From Opitutia bacterium (GTDB lineage Bacteria; Verrucomicrobiota; Verrucomicrobiia; Opitutales; Opitutaceae), in contig CANJVR010000001.1 of the NCBI GenBank assembly GCA_947478395.1, positions 1-64,000 on the forward strand: 64,000 nucleotides of DNA. The letters are read 5' to 3'. Below are positions 28,918 through 38,614 of the stretch, one piece after another. How positions within the stretch are numbered: the stretch's first letter is position 1; each line of letters opens with the position of its first letter. The position numbers and the translations under genes are program-made. The notes beneath the pieces are model-generated. The model was not told the DNA's origin. It saw nothing but the letters and a program-made list of their open reading frames with translations, and searched no databases.

Positions 28918-30522
28918 ATGTCCCAGACCTCCAAGACCTCTTCGCTCAAGGAGAGACTCGAACATTTCTGGCATAAGGAAATTTGGGCGACCGTTCACCT
29001 GAAGGACAATTCGCCGAAGGGTTGGGGCTACGCTGCGCTCCGGGTGATGTCGATCACGTCGACCGTTTTCGTCGAGACCAAGGCCGCCAGCCGCGCCGCC
29101 GCGTTGAGTTTCAGCTCCCTTCTCGGACTAGGGCCGCTCGTGGCGCTCACCGTGCTCATCGCGGGTTTCGCGCTGGACAAAAACGATCCGCATCTCGCCG
29201 CGAATACGCTCAGCCGCGTGATTTATTTCGTCGCTCCGCAAGTCGGCCAATACAGCAAACTCGCTCCAACCGCGACGCCGCCCGCAGACGGGTCCGCCTC
29301 CACTCGGAACCAGCCGGCCCAACCCCGACCGGCCGATCCGGCCACAGTCACGCGTGACGGCGCCAACGCCCCCGCCCTGATCGACCGGGAGGCCACGGGT
29401 CCGGACATGGCACTTAATCCCCAGCTCGTGGAAATGATGGATAATTTCATCAACCAAGGGCGATCAGGGTCCGCCGGCGCGGTCGGTTTCTTCGGCCTGG
29501 TGATCATCGTGTTGATGCTCTTCAAAACCGTCGAAGACACGTTCAACGAAATCTGGGGAGTGCGCAGCGGGCGCTCGGTGCTGATGCGTATCGTCTATTA
29601 TTGGACGATTCTCACGCTGGGCGCGGTCCTGTTCTTCGCGTCATTCACGCTCCTCAGCGTCGGCGCGTTGATCACTGTTTTCGACAAAACCGTGGGATCC
29701 CATCTGCCGTTTTCAGACGGGATCAACGTTATCCTCCAATGGTCGGTCCCGGCGTTCTCGTTCGCGCTGCTCGTGATGCTATTAACCGTGTTTTACCGGG
29801 TGATTCCCAACACGCGGGTTTTCTGGCGGGCGGCGCTGATCGGGGCCATCGTCGTCGCCTTTCTGCTGAGCTTGAACCAGTTTTTGGCGTTCCTTTACGT
29901 GCGCCGGGTTTTACAGACGCAGAGCCTTTATGGTTCGCTGGGGTTCCCACTGGTCATGATGTTCGGCCTCTATATTTTTTGGCTATATGTCCTGGTCGGC
30001 GGACAAATCAGTTACGCCGTGCAGAACGTACATTTCCGCAACAGCCAGGCGGCGTGGCGCAACCTCTCCGAGGCGATGCGCGAGCGGCTACTGCTCGTGG
30101 TTTTGCTGACCATCGGCCGGCGCTTCCACGACTGCCGGCCCCCGGTGGCCGCATCGCATCTCGGGAGGATGATCAAAGTGCCGACTCAAATTCTCAACGA
30201 ATGCCTAAACCGGCTGGTCGACCTGAAGCTGATCACGCCACTCCCCGCCGCCCGGAAAGACGATCCCACGGATCTGCTCTACCAACCGGCGCGGCCGTTG
30301 AACCGCATCACTCTGATCGATTTCAAACGGCTCGACGACAACTACGGCGACGATCCCACCGGCCGTTCGCTCGAACAACTCGATCCCATCCTCGTGCACT
30401 ACAACCACGCGATGGATCAAATCGCCGAGCAGGATTTTATGCAGAAAACGCTCGAGCAGCATTTCTGCGACACGCCTTTCGAAGCATCGCATCCACCGAT
30501 TCAGCCTATCGGCCGACCCTAG
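28918..30522 (+). CDS. YihY/BrkB family membrane protein with C-terminal winged-helix-like extension
   Basis: AAALSFSSLLGLGP, EDTFNEIWGV, YWTILTLG, YGSLG.PL, W...LVGGQISYA.QN. Confidence 0.88.
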   Translation: MSQTSKTSSLKERLEHFWHKEIWATVHLKDNSPKGWGYAALRVMSITSTVFVETKAASRAAALSFSSLLGLGPLVALTVLIAGFALDKNDPHLAANTLSRVIYFVAPQVGQYSKLAPTATPPADGSASTRNQPAQPRPADPATVTRDGANAPALIDREATGPDMALNPQLVEMMDNFINQGRSGSAGAVGFFGLVIIVLMLFKTVEDTFNEIWGVRSGRSVLMRIVYYWTILTLGAVLFFASFTLLSVGALITVFDKTVGSHLPFSDGINVILQWSVPAFSFALLVMLLTVFYRVIPNTRVFWRAALIGAIVVAFLLSLNQFLAFLYVRRVLQTQSLYGSLGFPLVMMFGLYIFWLYVLVGGQISYAVQNVHFRNSQAAWRNLSEAMRERLLLVVLLTIGRRFHDCRPPVAASHLGRMIKVPTQILNECLNRLVDLKLITPLPAARKDDPTDLLYQPARPLNRITLIDFKRLDDNYGDDPTGRSLEQLDPILVHYNHAMDQIAEQDFMQKTLEQHFCDTPFEASHPPIQPIGRP

Positions 30523-30534
30523 CGCGCAAAGCGC

Positions 30535-30576
30535 GCCGTTTAGCGTTTGGCGTTTGGCGTTTGGCGTTTGGCGTTC
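30535..30576. repeat. Heptamer tandem repeat GGCGTTT, about six units (three perfect)
   Basis: Read directly: gccgttt agcgttt ggcgttt ggcgttt ggcgttt ggcgttc. Confidence 0.85.
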
Positions 30577-30730
30577 CCCCGAAAGCCCAGGTGCACCACC
30601 AAAGCACGTGCGGCTTTCCTAACTCGAAACTCCAAGCCCGAACTCCGAACCTTAATTCGGGCGCCCTTCGGCGCCCGAATTCGCCCTTGCCACACCCCGA
30701 GCCCGACCTAGCGTCCCCACTTTTCCCCCC

Positions 30731-32392
30731 ATGATTTCCTGGATTCAGCGCACCTTTCAGCAGCACTTCAAAGCCGTCTTCCTCGTGCTGCTGGTACTCA
30801 CCATCATTTCGTTCGTATTCACGATCGGAGCCGGCGCCGGCATCGGCCGCGCCGATCGCATCGTGCTTAAACGGGAATTTTTCGGCTACAACCTGGGCTC
30901 TCAGGAAGATCAGGGCCGCCTCGTGGGCGACGCCGCCCTGAGCGCCAATCTGCAGGTGGGTTTCGCCCTCGAGGGCGAACAAATTCAGAGCTACGCTTTC
31001 CAGCGCGCGGCGGCCCTGCATCTGGCGGACGAGCTCCACATTCCCGCGCCGGGCACCGACGAAATCGCCGCCCAAATCAAAACACTCCGAGCCTTCGCCG
31101 GCGAGGACGGCCAGTTCGATGCCAAGCGCTACGCCACATTTCGCGACAACCTGAAAACAAATCCACGCGTCACTGAGACGGATATCGCCCGCATCCTCTC
31201 CGATGACGTTCGGGCCGATAAACTGCGGAAACTTCTCGCCGGTCCGGGCTACGTTCTGCCTACGGACATCAAGACCCAGATCGCGCAGGCCGATACGACT
31301 TGGACGCTCGCCGTCGCGACGGTCGACTATGCCGCGTTTAATCCCGCGATCACGCCAAGCGATGCGGACCTGACAAAATTTTTCGACGAGAATACGTTTC
31401 GCTATGAAATTGCGCCGCGTATCGCCACGACCTTTGTCGAGTTTCCCGCCGCGGCGTATCTGGGGCAAGTGAACGTCACCGAGCCCGAAGTGCGCGCTTT
31501 TTATGACAGCAATCCCGCGCGTTTCCCCGCCCCGGCGGCCGACCCCAAGGCGCCGGTGAAGATTGATCCCGCGGCCGATTACGCGGCGGTGCGCCCCCAA
31601 GTGGAAGCCGCGGTCAAACTCGAGCGTGCGCAACGCATCGCGAGCAAGGCCGGCAGCGATTTCATTTTCTCGCTCTACGAAAGCAAAGCCACGATGGACT
31701 CGCCGGCGCTGGCCAAGTTGCTGGCCGCCCAAAACCTCGCGCCGAGACCGCTCGCGCCCTTCACCCGCGAAGCCGGACCAGCGGAACTCGGCACCGCCGC
31801 CGCCGTCGTGGCCGGCGAAGCATTCAAGCTGAATAAAGACCGTTTCTATTCCGAGGCGCTTTCCATTCCCACGGGCAGCGTCGTGCTTTTCTGGAAAGAA
31901 ACACTGCCCTCGCGCAAACCAGCGCTCACCGAGGTCCGCGCCAAAGTTTTGGCGGACTACATCGAGAACGAAAAGCGCAAGCGTTTCGTCGACCTAGGCC
32001 GCACGGTTCGCGCCGCGATCGAGACCCGCCTCAAAGCAGGCGATGCGTTCGACAAAGCCGCCGCCAACGCTGCTGGCACGGCCTCCACCAAAATCGAAAC
32101 CAAGGCGATCGCCGCCTTCACGCTCCGCAACCGCCCGCAGGACCTCGATTTCACGCTGCTCGGCGCGCTTGAAACCATGGAAAAAGGTCAGCTCTCCGAT
32201 ATGGCGGTCACCGCCGACAAAGGCACGTTTGTTTACGCCGTGGACAAACAGAATCCCGATCTTAGCGAGTCCGGCCCGCGCTTCGCGGAAACACGCACGC
32301 AGATCGCCTCCTACAATTCGCGTGTGGCCTCAGACGCTTTTATCTCGGAGATCGTTGAAACTGAGCTCAAGCGTTCCGAGCCGAAACCTTAA
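30731..32392 (+). CDS. PpiD/SurA N-terminal-domain periplasmic chaperone
   Basis: MISWIQ start then a TM; AF..DGQFD..RY..F, I.PSDADL..FF, VTEPEVRAFYD; helical periplasmic body. Confidence 0.75.
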   Translation: MISWIQRTFQQHFKAVFLVLLVLTIISFVFTIGAGAGIGRADRIVLKREFFGYNLGSQEDQGRLVGDAALSANLQVGFALEGEQIQSYAFQRAAALHLADELHIPAPGTDEIAAQIKTLRAFAGEDGQFDAKRYATFRDNLKTNPRVTETDIARILSDDVRADKLRKLLAGPGYVLPTDIKTQIAQADTTWTLAVATVDYAAFNPAITPSDADLTKFFDENTFRYEIAPRIATTFVEFPAAAYLGQVNVTEPEVRAFYDSNPARFPAPAADPKAPVKIDPAADYAAVRPQVEAAVKLERAQRIASKAGSDFIFSLYESKATMDSPALAKLLAAQNLAPRPLAPFTREAGPAELGTAAAVVAGEAFKLNKDRFYSEALSIPTGSVVLFWKETLPSRKPALTEVRAKVLADYIENEKRKRFVDLGRTVRAAIETRLKAGDAFDKAAANAAGTASTKIETKAIAAFTLRNRPQDLDFTLLGALETMEKGQLSDMAVTADKGTFVYAVDKQNPDLSESGPRFAETRTQIASYNSRVASDAFISEIVETELKRSEPKP

Positions 32393-32596
32393 GCGCGGCA
32401 TTGGACTGGCAGGGCTCGTTGATTTCGTGGCGCGCCACCGTGACCGAGCCCACGGCGAAGTCGCGCTGCACCGTGCGACATCCGGCCTGCCGCGGATCGA
32501 TCGGCCTTAATCCGTCCCCAGCCATCGCATCAGTCGACCAGCTAGCTAGCCCCATTTTTGCTCGTCGCCCGAAATCCATCTGCGTGAATCGAACCC

Positions 32597-32845
32597 ATGC
32601 CGCTGTTCATGTATGCTTCGCTCACGCCGCCCTGCCGTCTGTGCGGCGAGGGGTTCGAGCATCGGCAGAGCGCAAAGTCTCCGCCGCTCGCCGCATGTTT
32701 GAAATGCGGACAAGCCGTGCGCCGCATGACAATTCAAGCCGTCAATTCACCGCAACTTTCCGCGCCACTGTCCGTCTCGCGCGCCAAACAAGCCGGTTTT
32801 ACCCTCTTGAAACGCACCGCCGGCGGGGAGTTCGAAAAACAGTAA
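32597..32845 (+). CDS. FmdB-family zinc-ribbon protein
   Basis: MP...Y, CxxCGxxFE, CxxCG, C-terminal AKQAGFTLLKR. Confidence 0.8.
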   Translation: MPLFMYASLTPPCRLCGEGFEHRQSAKSPPLAACLKCGQAVRRMTIQAVNSPQLSAPLSVSRAKQAGFTLLKRTAGGEFEKQ

Positions 32846-32903
32846 CTTTCCGCCCGTGTTTGTGTTCTCAATAGCAACCTGCCGTTTCAATTTCAACTTC
32901 GCC

Positions 32904-34442
32904 ATGCCACGCACCACCGCCCGCGCCACCGCCCTGCTTCTCCTCAGCTTCGCCGTACTAAAGCCTGTCTCGGCCCAAAGCCCCGCGCCCGCCGCTGCAC
33001 CCGCTCCGCCCAGCGCCCCGACGACCGGGCCCGCCGCTCCCCTCGGAGCGCCGCTGACGCTCACGGAGTGCATCGCCCTCGCGATGAAGAAAAACTTCGA
33101 CCTGCAAATCCAGGGATTTTCGACCGATATCGCCCGCGAAAATCTCGTGTCGGCCAAAGCCGCTTTTCTGCCGACGATCACCGCCTCGAGCCAGCGCGAT
33201 CTTTCCCGCGGCACGCGAGCGGTCGGGCAAAATGACGGGTCCGTCCTGTTGATTCCCAGCGACAGCAACAACACGGTATTCAATGCGGGCATCAGCGAGC
33301 GCATCCTCGAGACCAACGGTACGGTGTCGATTGGCGGGCGCGTATCCCGCGCCTCCTCTTCTCAACGCCAGCCCTTCAGCAGCAGCACCACGTTTAGCGT
33401 CAATCAACCGCTGTTGAAAAACGCCGGTCCCGCCATCGCCACCGCCACGATCGAGCGCAGCAAACTCGGCTTGGGCATCGCCTATATCAACTATCGCAGC
33501 CGCGTACTGACCGTGATTCGCGACACCGAGAACGCCTACTACAACCTCGTCGCCGCCCGCGAAACCCTCCGCATCCGTCAACTCACCCTCGACCTCAACC
33601 AAAAGCTGTTCGAGGAGAATAAAACCAAGCGCACGACCGGCGTGATGACCGACCTCGACGTGCTGACCGCAGAATACGGTGTGGCCAATGCCCGCCGCGC
33701 CGTGGTCCAGGCCGAACAAACCGCCAGCGACCGCGAAGACACCCTGCTCAATCTGATCAACGTCCCCAACTTCGAATCGCGCCCCGGTCCAGTCTCATTC
33801 GAAGTCTACAAGGCGGACCCGATCTCGTTCGCCACATCGTACAAAATGGCGCGCGAAAACTACCCCGACACCATGTCGGCCGAGCAGACGATCAAGCAAC
33901 TCGAGATCGATCTCGCCACGGCGAAGCGCAACCGACTGCCCACCCTCAATCTCACGGCTTCGCTGGGCTACAACACGGCCGACACCACCTACGGTGATGT
34001 CCTCACCCTCCGGCCCAACGACGCCGGTGACAATCGCTCCCTTGGCTTAACGTTCAACATGCCGTGGGGTATGAAAGCCGATCGCGCTGCTTACCGCACT
34101 GCGACGCTCAACCGCGACTCCCAAAAAGTCCGACTCGAACAGCTCGAACTCAGCCTGCTGGTGCAAGTCCGTACCGCGGTCCGCTCCGTTGAAGCCAACG
34201 CCGTCGCGGTCTCCCTAGCGGTTAAGGCGACCGAACTGTCGGCCCGCCAGTACGACCTCCAAAAAGCCCGCTTCGATGCCGGGCTCTCCACCAGCCGCCT
34301 CGTGCTGCAAGCGCAGGATGATTTGGAAACGGCGCGCTTCAACGAACTCAGCGCCAACCTGACCTTGCGCGGCGCGCTCGCCGAGCTGCAACGCCTCGAA
34401 GGCTCCTCAATCAAACGCTTCGGCGTCCAGCTCCCGGAATAA
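32904..34442 (+). CDS. TolC-family outer-membrane channel
   Basis: Signal peptide; LTLTECIALAMKKNFDL, QPLLKNAG, AYYNLV, LPTLNL, RFDAGLST. Confidence 0.9.
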   Translation: MPRTTARATALLLLSFAVLKPVSAQSPAPAAAPAPPSAPTTGPAAPLGAPLTLTECIALAMKKNFDLQIQGFSTDIARENLVSAKAAFLPTITASSQRDLSRGTRAVGQNDGSVLLIPSDSNNTVFNAGISERILETNGTVSIGGRVSRASSSQRQPFSSSTTFSVNQPLLKNAGPAIATATIERSKLGLGIAYINYRSRVLTVIRDTENAYYNLVAARETLRIRQLTLDLNQKLFEENKTKRTTGVMTDLDVLTAEYGVANARRAVVQAEQTASDREDTLLNLINVPNFESRPGPVSFEVYKADPISFATSYKMARENYPDTMSAEQTIKQLEIDLATAKRNRLPTLNLTASLGYNTADTTYGDVLTLRPNDAGDNRSLGLTFNMPWGMKADRAAYRTATLNRDSQKVRLEQLELSLLVQVRTAVRSVEANAVAVSLAVKATELSARQYDLQKARFDAGLSTSRLVLQAQDDLETARFNELSANLTLRGALAELQRLEGSSIKRFGVQLPE

Positions 34443-34604
34443 TTTTCCGCGGAGGCCGTGGCCAGAGGGCAACCTTCGACCGCGCTTGGTTCGCGATCTG
34501 ATCAAGCGCATGCCGTCGGGGCCCGAACTCCCGACGCCAACTTGATCCCGCGACTGCGATTCCGCACTCGCGCGCGTTACTGTATTTAAGCACGGTTTCA
34601 GGCC

Positions 34605-35177
34605 ATGTCCCGCATTGCGCTTTGGGTTCGCTCCGCCCTCTGGCTCTGGTTTCTCGCCGCCGTGGCGGCCGGTTATTTTCTCGTGCTTCAGCGGATACCA
34701 CCGCCGGCCACGCAGGCGATTCTTCTCGGTCTCACCGCCCTGACGCTCTCCGCCTATTTTCGCCTGGCCCCGCTTCGTGCCTGGGTCGACGCGCTCGATC
34801 CGCGCGCGCTCGTTCAGTTTCATCTGACCCGTTTCGTGGGAATTTATTTTCTGCTGCTCTACCGTCAGGGTGAACTGCCTTACGATTTCGCGGTGAAGGG
34901 CGGGATCGGCGACATCGTCGTCGCCATTTTCGCCAGCCTCCTGGTCTTTGCGCCTTTCGAAGAAACTCGGCGACTCCGCCTGCTCGTTATCTGGAATGTC
35001 ATCGGCTTGGTGGACATTCTTCTCGTGGTATTGACCGCGGTGCGCCTGAACCTGACCGATCCGTATCAAATGCGCGCGCTCACTCACCTGCCACTCAGCC
35101 TGCTGCCGACGTTTTTGGTGCCGCTGATCATAGCGACCCACGTCATTCTTTTCGTCCGCCTCGGCACGAAAAGATAA
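34605..35177 (+). CDS. Hypothetical multi-pass membrane protein
   Basis: About six hydrophobic segments; HLTRFVG, GGIGDI, WNVIGLVD, PLSLLPTFLVP. Confidence 0.8.
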   Translation: MSRIALWVRSALWLWFLAAVAAGYFLVLQRIPPPATQAILLGLTALTLSAYFRLAPLRAWVDALDPRALVQFHLTRFVGIYFLLLYRQGELPYDFAVKGGIGDIVVAIFASLLVFAPFEETRRLRLLVIWNVIGLVDILLVVLTAVRLNLTDPYQMRALTHLPLSLLPTFLVPLIIATHVILFVRLGTKR

Positions 35178-35278
35178 TGCGCGGTTAGGGCCGATTCGAA
35201 AAATCCTCCGACGCGTAGGGTAGCGCACTCAAGCGCCCTGGCCTACCGCGATTATTCCCCGGGATATCTGGATCGACT

Positions 35279-36217
35279 CTACGCGTGATTTCCCACGAAC
35301 AGCGACTCCACGTCCCGCAGATCCTTCGCGGCGATCACACGGTGCGCCGGCAACTGCGTCCGAAACCACGTCCGCTGCTTCCGCACTAGCCCGCGCGTAT
35401 TCTTGACGATCTCGCCCGCCAACTCGGCCGCGCCCAACCTTCCGTCGTCCATGGCCAACACCTCCCGGTAGCCGATCGCCTTCGCGGCACTGAGATTTTT
35501 CTCGAGGCCCGCGGCCCGCAACCGCCGCACTTCTTCGACCAATCCGGCCTCGAGCATGATTTTTACACGAGCCGCGATGCGTTCATTCAGTTCAGCCGGG
35601 TCCCGTTCGAGCTGGGTTAACTCCAACCGAAAATCCACAAACGCCCCGGGCCGCGCCGCAAATTCCGCGCCCAAGGCCAGCAGTGTTTTCCCCGACCCCC
35701 GGCATCGCTCCAACGCCCGCGTCACCCGTCGGGGATTCGCCACGTCGAGCCCACCCAAGCCCGCCGGATTCAGGCTTTGTAGTTCAGCGACGAGCGCCGG
35801 CAGTCCGTCGCGCTCCAATCGCGCGGCGATCCCGGCCCGCAATTCCGCTGGCACCGTTACGTCGTCAGCCACCGGCGAAAAAAAGGCCTTCAGATAAAAT
35901 CCGCTTCCACCCGTCACCAGCACGGGCCGGCCCCGGGAGGCGATGGCGGCCACCGCCTCCCGCGCCTGCGCAATGTAGCGGGTGATATCCATCGCCTCCG
36001 TTACTTCGCAGAGGTCGATCAAGTGATGCGGGACGCGCGCGCGTTCCGCCGCGGAGGGCTTCGCCGTACCGAGATCCATGCCGCGATAAAACAACAACGA
36101 ATCGCACGACACGATTTCCGCGCCGCGCGCTTCCGCCCAGCGCAATGCCCATTCGGTTTTCCCGACCGCTGTGCAGCCGCTGAGAACATGGATTGTGCGT
36201 TGCGACTCCTCGGCCAT
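35279..36217 (-). CDS. miaA: tRNA dimethylallyltransferase
   Basis: GCTAVGKT, EIVSCDS, YRGMDLGTAKP, PHHLID, TGGSGFY, AIGYRE, KQRTWFR. Confidence 0.96.
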   Translation of the reverse strand: MAEESQRTIHVLSGCTAVGKTEWALRWAEARGAEIVSCDSLLFYRGMDLGTAKPSAAERARVPHHLIDLCEVTEAMDITRYIAQAREAVAAIASRGRPVLVTGGSGFYLKAFFSPVADDVTVPAELRAGIAARLERDGLPALVAELQSLNPAGLGGLDVANPRRVTRALERCRGSGKTLLALGAEFAARPGAFVDFRLELTQLERDPAELNERIAARVKIMLEAGLVEEVRRLRAAGLEKNLSAAKAIGYREVLAMDDGRLGAAELAGEIVKNTRGLVRKQRTWFRTQLPAHRVIAAKDLRDVESLFVGNHA

Positions 36218-36532
36218 TACGCCCATCTTCGCCGCGCCGCTCGCAGCTCCAAGCCATTTCACCCCGCTTAAAAAAAGGTTTCATCCGCGATTCCCGCGCC
36301 AGCCCCGCCCGCAAACGCGCCACGACGCCTGCGGGCCTCGCCTGGACGCCAAGATCGCAACCATCGAACACCGCCGACACGCCGCCGAACTCCTGCGCCC
36401 TGCCGCCGCGCACGACGAACTCCATGACGCGCTCGAAGCCTCACCCCGTATAGGCCGCAAAAAGGCCCAAGAATTTCGGGAGCGGCCGGCCATTTCCCGC
36501 GCGCGCCTTGAGGCGCCTAAAGTCTCGGCCGG

Positions 36533-37333
36533 TTAGCGCTGCGTGCCGGCCACCAAATCCGCCGCCTTCGCGGCCAGCGCCGGAGCAATCTTATCCCGCG
36601 TCGCGAGGTTCTCTTTAATCAGATTCACCAGCGCACTGCCGACCACGACACCGTCCGCATGCGCCGCCACCTGCGCCACCTGGGCGCGAGTCCCAATTCC
36701 AAAGCCCACCGCGATCGGCAAACGGGTGTGGGCCTGAATGCGCGCCACCGCTTCCGGAATGCCGCCCGCAACCTGGTCGCGCACGCCCGTGACCCCTTCC
36801 CTCGACACATAATAAATGAAGCCGGTCGCGGCCGCCGCGATCGTTGCGATTCGCGCGGCGGGCGTCGTCGGCGCCACAATGCACACGGTGTCGAGACCAT
36901 GCGTCCGGCAGGCGGCCGAAAATTCCGCCGATTCCTCCGGCGGAAGATCGAGCACGAGCATGCCATCGACCCCGGCAGCCCGCGCCGCTTTCACGTAAGC
37001 CTCGACGCCATTTGAAAACACGAGGTTGTAATAAGTATAAAAAACGATCGGCGCTGCGCTGAACTCGCGGATTTTCCGCACGAGTTCGAACACCCGCGCG
37101 GCCGTCATGCCGCCTTCGAGCGCCCGTTGGGCCGCGAGTTGATTCGTCAGTCCGTCCGCCAGCGGATCGGAAAACGGCACGCCGAGCTCAAGCACGTCGA
37201 CCCCACTCAACAAGAGCGCGCGACAGGCCGCGAGCGACGTGTCGAAATCGGGGTCTCCCGCGCAGAGATAGGCGACAAACGCGGCGCGGTTCTGTTGACG
37301 GGCACGGGCGAAAGTTTCGGCGAGACGGGACAT
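36533..37333 (-). CDS. trpA: Tryptophan synthase alpha subunit
   Basis: YLCAGDP, ELGVPFSDPLADG, YYN, DLPPEE, YYVSREGVTG, VGFGI, DGVVVGSA. Confidence 0.97.
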   Translation of the reverse strand: MSRLAETFARARQQNRAAFVAYLCAGDPDFDTSLAACRALLLSGVDVLELGVPFSDPLADGLTNQLAAQRALEGGMTAARVFELVRKIREFSAAPIVFYTYYNLVFSNGVEAYVKAARAAGVDGMLVLDLPPEESAEFSAACRTHGLDTVCIVAPTTPAARIATIAAAATGFIYYVSREGVTGVRDQVAGGIPEAVARIQAHTRLPIAVGFGIGTRAQVAQVAAHADGVVVGSALVNLIKENLATRDKIAPALAAKAADLVAGTQR

Positions 37334-37683
37334 GCGAAATATCATCGCCGCAAAATCCCGCCGTCGGCGCAAAGCGAATCTTAATGGGCCGAGCGGTCCT
37401 TCAGCTCGCAATTTTTAATTCAAAACGCAGCTAGCCCTCATATTTCGTCCTGAAACCAATAAAAAACTTTGGATCATAGAGAACATCGAACCCAGACCTC
37501 GAATCCACCGAGATAAAACGGATGACTTTATTTGCGAGGGGCATCTCCTCCGAAATCGCCATGGGACGAAGAAATACCGCAAACGCTGGGTTCTCCCTCG
37601 CCTCTATTCCCTCTGTGTAGCCGCCCTGGTTTGGGCAAGATTAGGAATATCCGGGCTGAAGCCGCGCTACCCCGGCCATCGGT

Positions 37684-38457
37684 TCACCCGATCTCCATCT
37701 CCACCAGCACCGGCCGGTGGTCCGACAGCAGCGTCTTCACCACCTGGCAGCTGACAAACCGGCAGCCAGAAGGCAGAAAAACAAAATCGAGCGCACGTTG
37801 CGGCAGCGGCGAGGGATAGGTTGGCGTGAGCACCGGATACAGCCGGTAGTCCCCGTAGTCGGAAAGGTGGCTTAACAGCGAGGCCGTGGCGTCGTCGCGC
37901 GTGCTCGGGGTGTTAAAATCGCCACACACAATCGGCATCACCGACCACTTCGCGGACCGCAGCCGGTGCTGATCCTTCAGCCACGCGAGCAAGCGGTCGA
38001 TTTGCCTTAAACGCTGGAAGCGCGAACTGAAATGCAGGTGCAGATTAACGACCGGCACCACGCAACCGCCGATGTCAACCTCCGCGAAGAGAAACCCCTT
38101 TTCGCCGAGCGAACGTCGCCCGAACACCACGGTCTCCGCATGCACGATGGGATGCCGCGAGAGCAACGCATTACCGTAGCAGAGATTCAACAGGCCCGTG
38201 CGCCGGTTGTTGATACCGAAGACCGCTTCGCGGAAACCCGCGTGAATTTTCAAATAGTTGAGGTGATCGAAATTTCCAGACCAACGTGAACGTTCGTCGA
38301 CCTCCTGCATCGCGACCAGGTCCGGCGCGAGTTTTCCCAGCAGCGCCGCGATACCGCGCAAATTCACCCGCAACTTACGCGAGGAGGTGAGTCCCTGGAT
38401 CGGCGTTAGGCCGCGGCCATGAGCAATGTTAAACGTGACGAGACGCAGACGGGGCAT
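37684..38457 (-). CDS. Endonuclease/exonuclease/phosphatase (EEP) family protein
   Basis: TFNI, DLVAMQEVD, YGNALLSR, NLHL, CGDFN, LDFVF, SDHRP. Confidence 0.92.
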   Translation of the reverse strand: MPRLRLVTFNIAHGRGLTPIQGLTSSRKLRVNLRGIAALLGKLAPDLVAMQEVDERSRWSGNFDHLNYLKIHAGFREAVFGINNRRTGLLNLCYGNALLSRHPIVHAETVVFGRRSLGEKGFLFAEVDIGGCVVPVVNLHLHFSSRFQRLRQIDRLLAWLKDQHRLRSAKWSVMPIVCGDFNTPSTRDDATASLLSHLSDYGDYRLYPVLTPTYPSPLPQRALDFVFLPSGCRFVSCQVVKTLLSDHRPVLVEMEIG

Positions 38458-38614
38458 GAACGTACAACTCCACCCAATCGCGGCCGGATCCGCTGGCAAG
38501 GCGAAGGACTATAAATCGACGGCCGCCGCGCCCAAGACCATCGCACGTTCAGAGCGGCGACGTCCCCGCTTTACGCGGACATGAGGATCGGCGCGCGACG
38601 CTTGCCAGAGAAAA

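Noticed and set aside
32904..34442. TolC as part of a local secretion or efflux system
   Set aside because: No membrane-fusion protein or RND/ABC exporter adjacent; orphan TolC genes are common
36262..36532. Possible small gene or pseudogene between miaA and trpA
   Set aside because: Several short overlapping frames, none with a recognisable motif or convincing start
36533..37333. trpA without trpB and hisI without a his operon
   Set aside because: Dispersed biosynthetic genes are ordinary in many phyla; partners are probably elsewhere in the genome
37684..38457. EEP protein as a defence or retroelement nuclease
   Set aside because: Stand-alone short EEP of the common phosphatase type; no reverse transcriptase or defence partners nearby
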